Part shown: piece after piece, positions 47,732-56,436 of the stretch
How the letters are laid out: every line of letters starts with the position of its first letter
How positions within the stretch are numbered: position 1 is the stretch's first letter
Source: Nitrosopumilus sp.
Lineage (GTDB): Archaea; Thermoproteota; Nitrososphaeria; Nitrososphaerales; Nitrosopumilaceae
Assembly (NCBI GenBank): GCA_965224195.1
Contig: OZ245040.1
Coordinates: 832,001 to 896,000 of the forward strand
Direction of reading: 5' to 3'
DNA: 64,000 nucleotides
The notes under the pieces: generated by a model
What the model was told of the DNA's origin: nothing
Database searches by the model: none
What the model saw: only the letters and a program-made list of their open reading frames with translations
Position numbers and translations under genes: made by a program

Positions 47732-47763
47732 AGATTGGTCTATCCTAAGCAATAGACCAATCT
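47732..47763. promoter_or_regulatory. Perfect 12-bp inverted repeat with 8-nt spacer
   Basis: agattggtctat-cctaagca-atagaccaatct between divergent genes. Confidence 0.5.
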
Positions 47764-47802
47764 TGCTTTTACGCTAAGATTTATTTGTAAAATTAATAAA
47801 TT

Positions 47803-48042
47803 GTGCACATGGCTGAAATTACAGATGAAGATCGTGAGAGGGTTAAATTATTACAACTCATTACAAGTTCTAAACATGAATTCAAAAAACTAACTCTGGA
47901 ACAATTAAAAAGATTACAAGAACTAGTTGAAAAAAAAGATTACAGTCATGATAAAAAAGCACACAAATCTAAAGTCAAATTACTAGCTAGGATTAACGTT
48001 AGAATTTATGAATTAACTGAAGGAAAAGGAATCTGGAATTAG
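47803..48042 (+). CDS. Small basic hypothetical protein
   Basis: 79-aa ORF; may start at ATG 47809. Confidence 0.7.
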   Translation: MHMAEITDEDRERVKLLQLITSSKHEFKKLTLEQLKRLQELVEKKDYSHDKKAHKSKVKLLARINVRIYELTEGKGIWN

Positions 48043-48086
48043 CCTATGCCAATTAGGTACAAATATTCAAACAAATCTGATAAGAT

Positions 48087-50114
48087 GTGGTAGAAAATAA
48101 TCTTATTCATGAAAGTAGTCCTTATCTATTACAACACGTGAATAATCCTGTTAATTGGTATGCTTGGAATGATGAGTCCTTAAAAAAAGCAAAAGATGAA
48201 AACAAACCCATTTTCTTAAGCATTGGTTACAGCGCTTGCCATTGGTGCCATGTAATGGCTCATGAATCTTTTGAAAATGAAGATGTGGCTGAATTTATGA
48301 ATGAACATTTCATTAACATAAAAGTTGACAGAGAAGAAAGACCTGATATTGATGATATATATCAAAAAGTTTGTCAAATAGCTACTGGTCAGGGTGGTTG
48401 GCCGTTGAGTATTTTCCTTACACCTGATCAAAAACCATTCTATGTTGGTACCTATTTTCCTGTTTTGGATTCTTATGGTCGTCCTGGATTTGGAAGTATT
48501 TGTAGACAACTCTCACAAGCATGGACAGAAAAACCAAACGATATAGAAAAATCTGCTGAGAAATTTGTTGCTACATTACAAAAAACTGAAACAATGCAAA
48601 CTACTTCAAAATTAGAACGAGCCATTCTTGATGAGGCAGCAATGAACTTGTTTCAATTAGGAGATGCAACTTATGGTGGATTTGGTTCAGCACCAAAATT
48701 CCCTAATGCTGCAAATGTGTCATTTCTGTTTAGATATGCAAAATTAACTGGATTGGGGAAATTCAATGAATTTGCGCTCAAAACTCTCAAAAAAATGGCT
48801 AATGGTGGCATCTTTGATCAAATAGGAGGAGGTTTTTCTAGATATTCTACTGATGCAAAATGGTTGGTTCCTCATTTTGAAAAAATGCTTTATGACAATG
48901 CTTTGATTCCTGTAAACTATGCTGAAGCATACCAAATAACCAAAGATCCTTTTTATCTTGATGTTTTGAAAAAAACACTTGATTTTGTTTTACGTGAAAT
49001 GACTTTGCCTGAAGGTGGTTTTTATTCTGCATATGATGCAGACTCTGAAGGCATAGAAGGAAAATTCTATGTGTGGAAAAAAAGTGAAATTAAAGAAATT
49101 CTAGGAAGTAATGCAGATCTATTTTGTTTATACTATGATGTAACTGATGGAGGAAATTGGGAAGGGAATAATATTTTGTGCAATAATCTTAACATCTCTA
49201 CTGTTGCCTTCAACTTTGGAAAAACTGAGTCTGAGGTTAGCGATATTTTAAAATCTTGTTCAGAAAAATTACTCAAAGTCCGTTCAACAAGAATTCCCCC
49301 TGGATTGGATGACAAGGTATTAGTTTCATGGAATTCATTGATGATTACTGCATTTGCTAAAGGATACCGTGTAACTGGAGATGAAAGATATCTTAATGCC
49401 GCAAAGAATTGTATTTCCTTCATAGAACAAAAACTTTTTGTGAATGAGAAATTATTGCGAACTTACAAAAATGGAGTCGCAAAAATTGATGGATATTTGG
49501 AGGATTATTCTTATTTTGTAAATGCGTTACTAGATGTATTTGAAATTGAACCAAATGAAAAATATCTTAAATTATCTGTGAAACTAGGACATCATTTAGT
49601 AGATCACTTCTGGGATTCTGAAAATAATAGTTTCTTTATGACTTCTGATGATCATGAAAAACTGATTATTCGACCCAAGAGTAATTATGATTTATCTTTG
49701 CCCTCTGGAAACTCTGTCTCTGCCTTTGCTATGCTTAGGCTATATCATCTATCTCAAGAAAAAATATTCCTTGAAATCACTACAAAAATAATGGAATCTC
49801 AGGCACAAATTGCTGCTGAAAATCCATTTGGATTTGGATATTTACTAAATACAATTTCGATGCATATTCAAAAACCTGTAGAAATTACTTTGATTAATCC
49901 TGAAAATTCTGAAATACGGAAATCACTTCATCTAGATTATTTGCCTGATTCTATTTTAATAACAATTCAAACTTCTGCTCAATTAGAATCTCTTTCAGAA
50001 TATCCATTTTTTACAGGTAAATCATTTGAAGATAAAACTAGTGTGTTTATTTGTAAAAATTTTACTTGCTCTTTACCTTTACATACACTTGAAGAAATAA
50101 ACTCAAATCTTTAG
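48087..50114 (+). CDS. YyaL/SSP411 thioredoxin-domain plus (alpha/alpha)6 barrel protein
   Basis: [35 protein letters not shown]. Confidence 0.92.
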   Translation: MVENNLIHESSPYLLQHVNNPVNWYAWNDESLKKAKDENKPIFLSIGYSACHWCHVMAHESFENEDVAEFMNEHFINIKVDREERPDIDDIYQKVCQIATGQGGWPLSIFLTPDQKPFYVGTYFPVLDSYGRPGFGSICRQLSQAWTEKPNDIEKSAEKFVATLQKTETMQTTSKLERAILDEAAMNLFQLGDATYGGFGSAPKFPNAANVSFLFRYAKLTGLGKFNEFALKTLKKMANGGIFDQIGGGFSRYSTDAKWLVPHFEKMLYDNALIPVNYAEAYQITKDPFYLDVLKKTLDFVLREMTLPEGGFYSAYDADSEGIEGKFYVWKKSEIKEILGSNADLFCLYYDVTDGGNWEGNNILCNNLNISTVAFNFGKTESEVSDILKSCSEKLLKVRSTRIPPGLDDKVLVSWNSLMITAFAKGYRVTGDERYLNAAKNCISFIEQKLFVNEKLLRTYKNGVAKIDGYLEDYSYFVNALLDVFEIEPNEKYLKLSVKLGHHLVDHFWDSENNSFFMTSDDHEKLIIRPKSNYDLSLPSGNSVSAFAMLRLYHLSQEKIFLEITTKIMESQAQIAAENPFGFGYLLNTISMHIQKPVEITLINPENSEIRKSLHLDYLPDSILITIQTSAQLESLSEYPFFTGKSFEDKTSVFICKNFTCSLPLHTLEEINSNL

Positions 50115-50431
50115 ATTTTTTTTAAATCTGTTGCAATAATATTTCCAACTTGCGGTCTTCCCATACTGTCATATCTTGATCTTGGCATTGCTATTGTCAT
50201 CTGAGTTTGTTGATATGATTTGATATTTACTTTTGGTTGTGCTTGTAGAATTGCTTCTAATAATGGCATTACTTGCTCTTTAGTTTCAGAATCTAAATTT
50301 TTTGCAACATTTTCTATGATCATTTGTTGTTGTGAAATAGGCTCGGTGGTGATGTTTTCAATCAAAGTTAATTGAATCATTTGACCATTATCTACTATTT
50401 GTGTAATTTTAAATTCATTTGTAGCTGACAT
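50111..50431 (-). CDS. Hypothetical protein
   Basis: 106-aa ORF ending Y...GRPQVG. Confidence 0.7.
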   Translation of the reverse strand: MSATNEFKITQIVDNGQMIQLTLIENITTEPISQQQMIIENVAKNLDSETKEQVMPLLEAILQAQPKVNIKSYQQTQMTIAMPRSRYDSMGRPQVGNIIATDLKKI

Positions 50432-50462
50432 TGTTATACTTTGTTTCTTTGATGATTTATCT

Positions 50463-50555
50463 TTAACGAATTGAAAAGTACAATGCTACACCTGCAGTCA
50501 CTACGGCAGCAGCAACTCCTAAGAAAAAAATTATCTTACTTCCATCTACATTCAT
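50463..50555 (-). CDS. 30-aa single-TM microprotein (not in track)
   Basis: MNVDGSKIIFFLGVAAAVVTAGVALYFSIR. Confidence 0.55.
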   Translation of the reverse strand: MNVDGSKIIFFLGVAAAVVTAGVALYFSIR

Positions 50556-50674
50556 AGACTTTGTTTATAATGGTTGGAATTAAACTATACTGATTTTTTT
50601 AAAATCTGCTTACTGATGATTTCTACGTAAGTGTTTTAATAGAAATTTGCTAATCTTTGATATCGCATGCTAAC

Positions 50675-50783
50675 TGTATTCATACATCTGCGATAGTACA
50701 ACCAGTCTAACCTGTAAATGGTGCTTGTATCGTTCCTAGTTTTGGATGTATTCATACATCTGCGATAGTACAACCAGTCTAAC
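50675..50783. CRISPR. Orphan CRISPR-like unit: 37-bp repeat, 35-bp spacer, 37-bp repeat
   Basis: tgtattcatacatctgcgatagtacaaccagtctaac at 50675 and 50747 (identical); spacer ctgtaaatggtgcttgtatcgttcctagttttgga; no cas genes in window. The repeat is certain; CRISPR function is not. Confidence 0.4.
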
Positions 50784-50792
50784 AGGAGTCAT

Positions 50793-50818
50793 AAGGAGTG
50801 TCCAATTGGGCACTCTTT
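50793..50818 (+). terminator. 11-bp hairpin downstream of the repeat unit
   Basis: aaggagtgtcc-aatt-gggcactcttt; the two G.U pairs work only on + strand. Confidence 0.5.
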
Positions 50819-50827
50819 CATTATAAT

Positions 50828-51160
50828 CTAGTCTGTCTTTTCAGGCACGATTTTTGCGTCTTGCATGGCTTCATCTTTTGGAGGATTTATGATTGCCTTT
50901 TTGATTAATGCTGCTTTGTCTTTTATTATCTGATTAAATTCTTTCATGTCCTCTAAACTTGGTGTTTGTTGTTGATTTTGATATGCTTGTAAAAATCCAG
51001 AATATACACATCCTGTAATGATTCCAAATGCTGTATCTGGAATTGATTTTATCTCGGGAATAAAATTTTCTGCTATTTGTTTATATGATTCTGATTCGCT
51101 AATGTAATAATCAATCAAACTATCTATGAAATCTTTGTTTTCTTTAGAAATTGCCATCAT
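50828..51160 (-). CDS. Conserved thaumarchaeal hypothetical protein
   Basis: DTAFGIITGCVYS motif, helical. Confidence 0.7.
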   Translation of the reverse strand: MMAISKENKDFIDSLIDYYISESESYKQIAENFIPEIKSIPDTAFGIITGCVYSGFLQAYQNQQQTPSLEDMKEFNQIIKDKAALIKKAIINPPKDEAMQDAKIVPEKTD

Positions 51161-51232
51161 TATTGTCTTTATTTCCTAGTTTATTTAATTGTCTTTGATT
51201 AATCGTTTATTTATTCATCAACTCTTTGCAAG

Positions 51233-51691
51233 ATGTTGTGGAAATTAGAATCAGATGAGGGGTATTTTCGAATCTATGATTCCAAAAAACTCATTGCAGG
51301 ATATTTTGATCCTGATTATGGGGATATTTTACCCAAAGAAAATTCTGAAGAAATCATTTTTTCCATGTTGAAAAATCATGATAAAATTTTAGGTGGAATA
51401 CTTATGGTTCCTCTTGTTAAATTTAGATTATTTGACACTGATTTGAATACTTCATTGACAAATGTAGAATCTCAAGTAAATCGTGTTAATGACCATTTAC
51501 AAAAATGGAAATTATTTATATCTAAAATGAAATATGATTGGCATTCTGTAAGAATTTCTCATACTGACCAAGACATGCTTACTATATCATTCCAAATGAA
51601 ATTTTCAAAACCTACGCCTCTTGAAAATAAAGCATTACTTGAAGAACTCTTCAATACATTGGAAAATTTACAAAAATCTGAATTACTTTAG
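51233..51691 (+). CDS. Hypothetical protein
   Basis: 152-aa ORF (AGYFDPDYG, SHTDQDML). Confidence 0.7.
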   Translation: MLWKLESDEGYFRIYDSKKLIAGYFDPDYGDILPKENSEEIIFSMLKNHDKILGGILMVPLVKFRLFDTDLNTSLTNVESQVNRVNDHLQKWKLFISKMKYDWHSVRISHTDQDMLTISFQMKFSKPTPLENKALLEELFNTLENLQKSELL

Positions 51692-51704
51692 TATATAAAA
51701 AAAT

Positions 51705-52394
51705 CTAAGGTAAATGTTCTTTTTTCCATTTTTCAGCCTCGTTAAAGCAGTTAAACCACTCTACTTCAATCTCATCTGAATCAAATTCATTTATTTCGTT
51801 TTTAAATTCTGAATCACATTTATTTTTCATATTTTCTGAAATTTGAATTACTTTTTGTTTGAGTACTTTATCTGGGGGTGAAAATTTACCTGTTTCATCA
51901 AATTCTATTATCCCTGCTTTTGCTAATTGAAATTCAATCAATCCTAAATTTTCATACTCATATGCTTCTTGAATTTGAGTATCTGATCTCACTTTGGCTA
52001 ATTCATCTCCAGTTCTAATCCATTTGATATACTCTACATCACTTTTTAATTGAGTTTCAGATGAAATCTTGAATAATTCTACTGAACTTTCAAACAACTC
52101 TGGGGTGACCAAGTTTTCATATTTAGAAATAATATTTTCAAATTTTTCTACATGTTCATCGTAGTATTCTAGCAGTTCTTCTTTTGTAATGTCCCCTTCA
52201 TTCCATTGTGTCTTTTCAGAATAAAATTTTGTTTGTAATTCTGCTACGTCTTGTTGAATTTGAGCAAGCTCATTTCCAAACTGAAACCCTTTCTGCTTGG
52301 CTTGCTCTGATGAATAGTTATATGCAATAATTGCAATGATGATAATAACTCCTATTGTCGCAATGGTGATATTTTGAATTTTATTTTTTTTCAA
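51705..52394 (-). CDS. Membrane-anchored helical protein
   Basis: N-terminal TM followed by coiled-coil. Confidence 0.7.
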   Translation of the reverse strand: MKKNKIQNITIATIGVIIIIAIIAYNYSSEQAKQKGFQFGNELAQIQQDVAELQTKFYSEKTQWNEGDITKEELLEYYDEHVEKFENIISKYENLVTPELFESSVELFKISSETQLKSDVEYIKWIRTGDELAKVRSDTQIQEAYEYENLGLIEFQLAKAGIIEFDETGKFSPPDKVLKQKVIQISENMKNKCDSEFKNEINEFDSDEIEVEWFNCFNEAEKWKKEHLP

Positions 52395-52681
52395 AGATAA
52401 TCTATATAATTTCCTTCTTCGTCTAACTTTAATTCAATTGTAAATTCAGTACCGCTGATAAAAGAGTTATTTCGTGTAGTTCTGACCCGTCCAATGACCA
52501 ACTCATATGGCCAAATCTCTACTACGATTGCACCCACTTTAGCTGTTGGCGTCTCTGTAATCTCCATGTCTTCACGCTTTACTCCGTGTCTTTCGAGCAT
52601 GTGTATGGCGTGGTCTAATAATGGCTCTGGATTATTGTAATTTAATACCCAAACCTTTCCTTCATAATCAATTTTTTGCAA
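52391..52681 (-). CDS. Hypothetical protein
   Basis: 96-aa ORF overlapping next gene by 4 bp. Confidence 0.65.
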   Translation of the reverse strand: MQKIDYEGKVWVLNYNNPEPLLDHAIHMLERHGVKREDMEITETPTAKVGAIVVEIWPYELVIGRVRTTRNNSFISGTEFTIELKLDEEGNYIDYL

Positions 52682-52714
52682 TTTGAAACAATCCTAAATT
52701 TACTCATATAACAA

Positions 52715-52948
52715 TTATTCGGGAACTATGACATTTAGGGTCATTGTACTAGCAACTCTGGATAATTTTCTAATAGTTGCAATTACTTTTTCAAATTCAT
52801 CCTGATTACTAGTTTGAATTTCAGCAATCACATCATATGCACCAAACGTAAGATATGCATTTCCAATATCCTGCATTTGTTTTAATTCATCTACGATATA
52901 TTCTTCTGCTCCTAAGTCACAATTTAATAAAATGAATCCTTTGTGCAT
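52715..52948 (-). CDS. Stand-alone Lrp/AsnC ligand-binding (RAM) domain
   Basis: FILLNCDLG, FGAYDVIA, IRKL...STMTL. Confidence 0.85.
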   Translation of the reverse strand: MHKGFILLNCDLGAEEYIVDELKQMQDIGNAYLTFGAYDVIAEIQTSNQDEFEKVIATIRKLSRVASTMTLNVIVPE

Positions 52949-52998
52949 TGGTTTATCTTAAATTAATTACGTAGTTCAAGTCTTTAAGTTTTACAGTG

Positions 52999-54318
52999 TT
53001 ACCATCTACTACGTCCGCCGTAGCTATTTCTGTTTCCATCTCTACCGCTGCTTCTTCTTCTACCGCTTCTGTCATCTCTTGGGTTTCCTCCCCCTCTAGA
53101 ACCTCCGTATCCTCCAGAACGACCTCCTCTAGAATAATTGGATCTGGATTGTCCTCCGTATCTTCTTGATGGAGTTTGTCTTTTTAGTGGGTCTGGAATT
53201 GAGATTTGAATTCCCATTTCTTTATTTAAATCTGTAATTGGAACTTTGATTTGGCGTTTGACTAGATTCCAATCTCCTACTGATGAATATGACACAAATG
53301 TGATTGCTCTTCCTTTTGCACCAGCTCTTGCAGTTCTTCCAATTCTATGAAAATATGCCATCTCTTGATTTGGTACATCATAATTTACTACTAGTTCTAC
53401 TCTAGGAACATCAATTCCTCTTGATGCTACGTCTGTTGCAACAAGAATATCTGCTTTACCACTTCTAAATTTGCCCATAGATTGTTCTCTTCTATGCTGT
53501 GACATGTCTCCTTCGATAGCTACTGCGTTGTATTTTTCTTGATGGAGGAATTTTGCAACGTCTCTGGTTCTATATTTTGTTGAACAGAATACGATAATTT
53601 GTCCTTTAATTGGTTTAACAAAATCAATTAGATACTTGAATTTGTCCCGGTCTTTAATTACCAAATATGATTGGTCTATTCCTTCTCCACTAAGATCATC
53701 TGCATCTAGTAAGAATTGTTTTGGATTGTTTAGATATTCTTCTGATAATCTTAAAATCTCAGTTGGCATTGTTGCTGAAAATAATGACATTACTCTATCT
53801 TCAGGAGCTAAATCTAAAATGAATGAAATATCATCTACAAATCCCATATCTAACATGGTATCTGCTTCATCAAGAACGATATGAGAAATATCTCTTAGTT
53901 CAATTGATCCTCTTTTGAGATGGTCAATTAGTCTACCTGGAGTAGCAACAACAATTTCTACACCTCTGTGTAGGGCATCTAATTGAATTCCCATTCCTTG
54001 TCCGCCGTAAACAGTTGCAGTTCTAATTCCTGTATGCTTTCCGAATTTTTTGATTTCATCGCTGATTTGCATAGCTAATTCTCTTGTTGGCGCCATGATC
54101 AAACCCTGAATTCCTTGTTTTGGTTGAATTTTCTCTAACATTGATAATGCAAATGCTGCAGTTTTCCCAGAACCTGTATGTGCTTGTCCTACGACATCTC
54201 TACCTGATAGTAAAACTGGAATCACTGCTTCTTGAATTGGAAATGCTTCTTCGTAACCTTGATCTGTAATTCCTTTCAGCACATCGTCGCTTAATCCTAA
54301 ATCTTGAAATTTTGTCAT
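52999..54318 (-). CDS. DEAD-box RNA helicase
   Basis: Q motif, AHTGSGKT, PTRELA, DEAD, SAT, HRIGRTAR, RGG tail; ATG 54318 preferred to GTG 54363. Confidence 0.95.
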   Translation of the reverse strand: MTKFQDLGLSDDVLKGITDQGYEEAFPIQEAVIPVLLSGRDVVGQAHTGSGKTAAFALSMLEKIQPKQGIQGLIMAPTRELAMQISDEIKKFGKHTGIRTATVYGGQGMGIQLDALHRGVEIVVATPGRLIDHLKRGSIELRDISHIVLDEADTMLDMGFVDDISFILDLAPEDRVMSLFSATMPTEILRLSEEYLNNPKQFLLDADDLSGEGIDQSYLVIKDRDKFKYLIDFVKPIKGQIIVFCSTKYRTRDVAKFLHQEKYNAVAIEGDMSQHRREQSMGKFRSGKADILVATDVASRGIDVPRVELVVNYDVPNQEMAYFHRIGRTARAGAKGRAITFVSYSSVGDWNLVKRQIKVPITDLNKEMGIQISIPDPLKRQTPSRRYGGQSRSNYSRGGRSGGYGGSRGGGNPRDDRSGRRRSSGRDGNRNSYGGRSRW

Positions 54319-54419
54319 TTTGTTTTTCTCTCTTTGGCAATGACGAAAAAGCTCATTGCCCACTCGTCATTATTCTGATGCTTGATGTCGATCGTGGTCT
54401 AATAAACGCTTGTTATTTT

Positions 54420-55298
54420 TTATGAGTTTAGTTGAGCATCAATTACTTTTTTGAAACTCTCAAATGGTTGGGCTCCTTTTAATTCAACAAATCCAATTTG
54501 ATCATTTCCTACAAAGAATCCTGGTGTTCCTGAAATTCCATAATTTCTTCCATCATTAAGATCATTTTGAATTTCTGGAATGTGTTTTCCACTATTGAGA
54601 CATAAATCAAATAATTCTTGATCTAATTGCATGTCTGATGCATATTGACTGAATAATGATAATGCATCACTAATTTCTAGTCTATTCCAATTATTTTGAT
54701 TTTCAAATAATGCATCATGCATTTCTCTAAACTTATTTTGATCATTTGCACATTCAGCTGCAACTGATGCTGGTAATGCATTTGGATGAATACTTTGAAT
54801 TGGGAAATCTCTAAAAACTAATTTCACTTTACCTTGTTCGATATATTCCTCTAATAGTGATGGTAATGTTTGAGTGTGGAATCTTGCACAAAATGGACAC
54901 TGAAAGTCTGAAAATTCTACAATGGTGATTGGGGCATCAGGATTTCCTATGATGGGATCATTGTCCATTGAAATTTTTACTGGTTCTGCTGCTTGTTTAG
55001 TAGGTAATTGGTTTTGTAATAATTTTAACTGATCAAAAGGAATGAAACCTTCGCCACTATCAGAATGTTTAGTAGGTAATTGGTTTTGTAATAATTTTAA
55101 CTCTAGTTTTGCTATTGCCTCATCAAGATCTACTGTTGAAATCTGGTTTGAATTTAGATTTGATGTGTATGATCCTGCAAAAAATGCTGTAATCCCGACT
55201 AGAATTATTATTCCTATGACCAATCCATTAAAAGTAGATTTTTTTACAGAAATCTTTTCATTATTATTTTGATTTATTTCTGAATCATCTAAACTCAT
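54420..55298 (-). CDS. DsbA-family thiol-disulfide oxidoreductase carrying a 24-aa duplication-insertion
   Basis: TM anchor, EFSDFQCPFC, GTPGF; ATG 55298 preferred because the track start (55379) overlaps the tRNA. Confidence 0.9.
   Translation of the reverse strand: MSLDDSEINQNNNEKISVKKSTFNGLVIGIIILVGITAFFAGSYTSNLNSNQISTVDLDEAIAKLELKLLQNQLPTKHSDSGEGFIPFDQLKLLQNQLPTKQAAEPVKISMDNDPIIGNPDAPITIVEFSDFQCPFCARFHTQTLPSLLEEYIEQGKVKLVFRDFPIQSIHPNALPASVAAECANDQNKFREMHDALFENQNNWNRLEISDALSLFSQYASDMQLDQELFDLCLNSGKHIPEIQNDLNDGRNYGISGTPGFFVGNDQIGFVELKGAQPFESFKKVIDAQLNS
54994..55102. repeat. 37-bp perfect direct repeat flanking a 35-bp unique insert inside the DsbA gene
   Basis: tgtttagtaggtaattggttttgtaataattttaact at 54994 and 55066; insert gatcaaaaggaatgaaaccttcgccactatcagaa. 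Confidence 0.95.
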
Positions 55299-55373
55299 TT
55301 CTATTAAATCTAAATCTAGTATACTTAATCGTATTGCCAAATATTGGATTAAGGATGTTATAGAAAAGAAAAG

Positions 55374-55447
55374 AGCCAATGACGGGATCTGAACCCATGA
55401 CCTATTGATTACAAATCAATTGCTCTACCAGGCTGAGCTACATTGGC
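55374..55447 (-). tRNA. tRNA-Thr(UGU), intronless, CCA not encoded
   Basis: GCCAATG/CATTGGC acceptor stem, D arm AGCTCAGCCTGGTAGAGC, anticodon arm ATTGA-TTTGTAA-TCAAT, T arm GGG-TTCAGAT-CCC. Confidence 0.95.
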
Positions 55448-55570
55448 ACGAAGTTGAATGAATTTTTTGACGGTTTAAAGTGTTACCTGTGGTTTATTTG
55501 AAAATAATTTTGTTCTAAAATCATTAAATTCACCGTCAGTTTATAATAATGCCATATTTTGATACCTGTT

Positions 55571-55801
55571 ATGAGGTACATCGAACCTACCCGAGTTAAA
55601 TTTTTGACGATGATGTTTGTTGCAACTGGTATACTTGGTATAGTTATTGGACTATCTGGTTTTACTCCTCCTTCATTTAAGATGATGATCACATTCATGA
55701 GTGTGATAAACATTGGATTGGGCGCATTTTTTGCATTTATCTATTTGACTCAGACTCGAAAAGACCCTGATAAACGAAAGAAGAAAAGAAAAACTGATTA
55801 G
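55571..55801 (+). CDS. Small 2-TM membrane protein
   Basis: Two hydrophobic helices and basic tail; ATG 55571 (track start 55559). Confidence 0.7.
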   Translation: MRYIEPTRVKFLTMMFVATGILGIVIGLSGFTPPSFKMMITFMSVINIGLGAFFAFIYLTQTRKDPDKRKKKRKTD

Positions 55802-55872
55802 GTTTTTCTAACAATTTTAAAATTATTTCAAAGATTTAGGTTCAATTAAAGTATAAATAATAACTCTCTATC

Positions 55873-56436
55873 ATGAATTCAGAAATGGTTGATCTAGTTG
55901 CAAAAAATTTGTTTCTTACAAAAGGAAAAGGAGTTCACGAAGATAGACTAACTAGTTTTGAATATGCACTTAGAGATGCTGGTATTGCTGGAACTAACCT
56001 TGTGTTAATTTCAAGTATTTTCCCTCCTCAAGCAAAATTAATTTCAAGAAAAGAAGGTTTGAAAAAAATTTCGCCTGGACAAATTCTATTTACAATTTAT
56101 TCAAAAAATCAAACAAATGAACCACATAGAATGTGTGCTGCATCTGTGGGTCTTGCTCAGCCAAAGGACAAGTCCCGATATGGATACCTGTCTGAATACG
56201 AATCTTTTGGACAAAATGAAGAACAAGCCGGAGATTATGCTGAGGATATTGCAGCACAAATGCTTGCGTCTTCTTTAGGAATTCCATTTGATGCTGATAA
56301 AGCATGGAATGAAAAAAGACAACAGTGGTCAATTTCTGGTGAAATTTATAAAACTCATAACATCACTCAAACCACTAAAGGTAACAAAGATGGAAAGTGG
56401 ACAACTGTTTTTGCAGCAGCTGTTCTTTTATTATGA
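55873..56436 (+). CDS. pdaD: Pyruvoyl-dependent arginine decarboxylase
   Basis: SFEYALRDAGI...NLVLISSIFPP (S-S self-cleavage site), GYLSE, WTTVFAAAV. Confidence 0.9.
   Translation: MNSEMVDLVAKNLFLTKGKGVHEDRLTSFEYALRDAGIAGTNLVLISSIFPPQAKLISRKEGLKKISPGQILFTIYSKNQTNEPHRMCAASVGLAQPKDKSRYGYLSEYESFGQNEEQAGDYAEDIAAQMLASSLGIPFDADKAWNEKRQQWSISGEIYKTHNITQTTKGNKDGKWTTVFAAAVLLL

Noticed and set aside
55299-55379. N-terminal extension of DsbA in the ORF track
   Set aside because: Overlaps the tRNA-Thr 3' end; ATG 55298 is more plausible
55374-55447. tRNA as attachment site of an integrated element
   Set aside because: No integrase and no duplicated tRNA 3' end seen in the window
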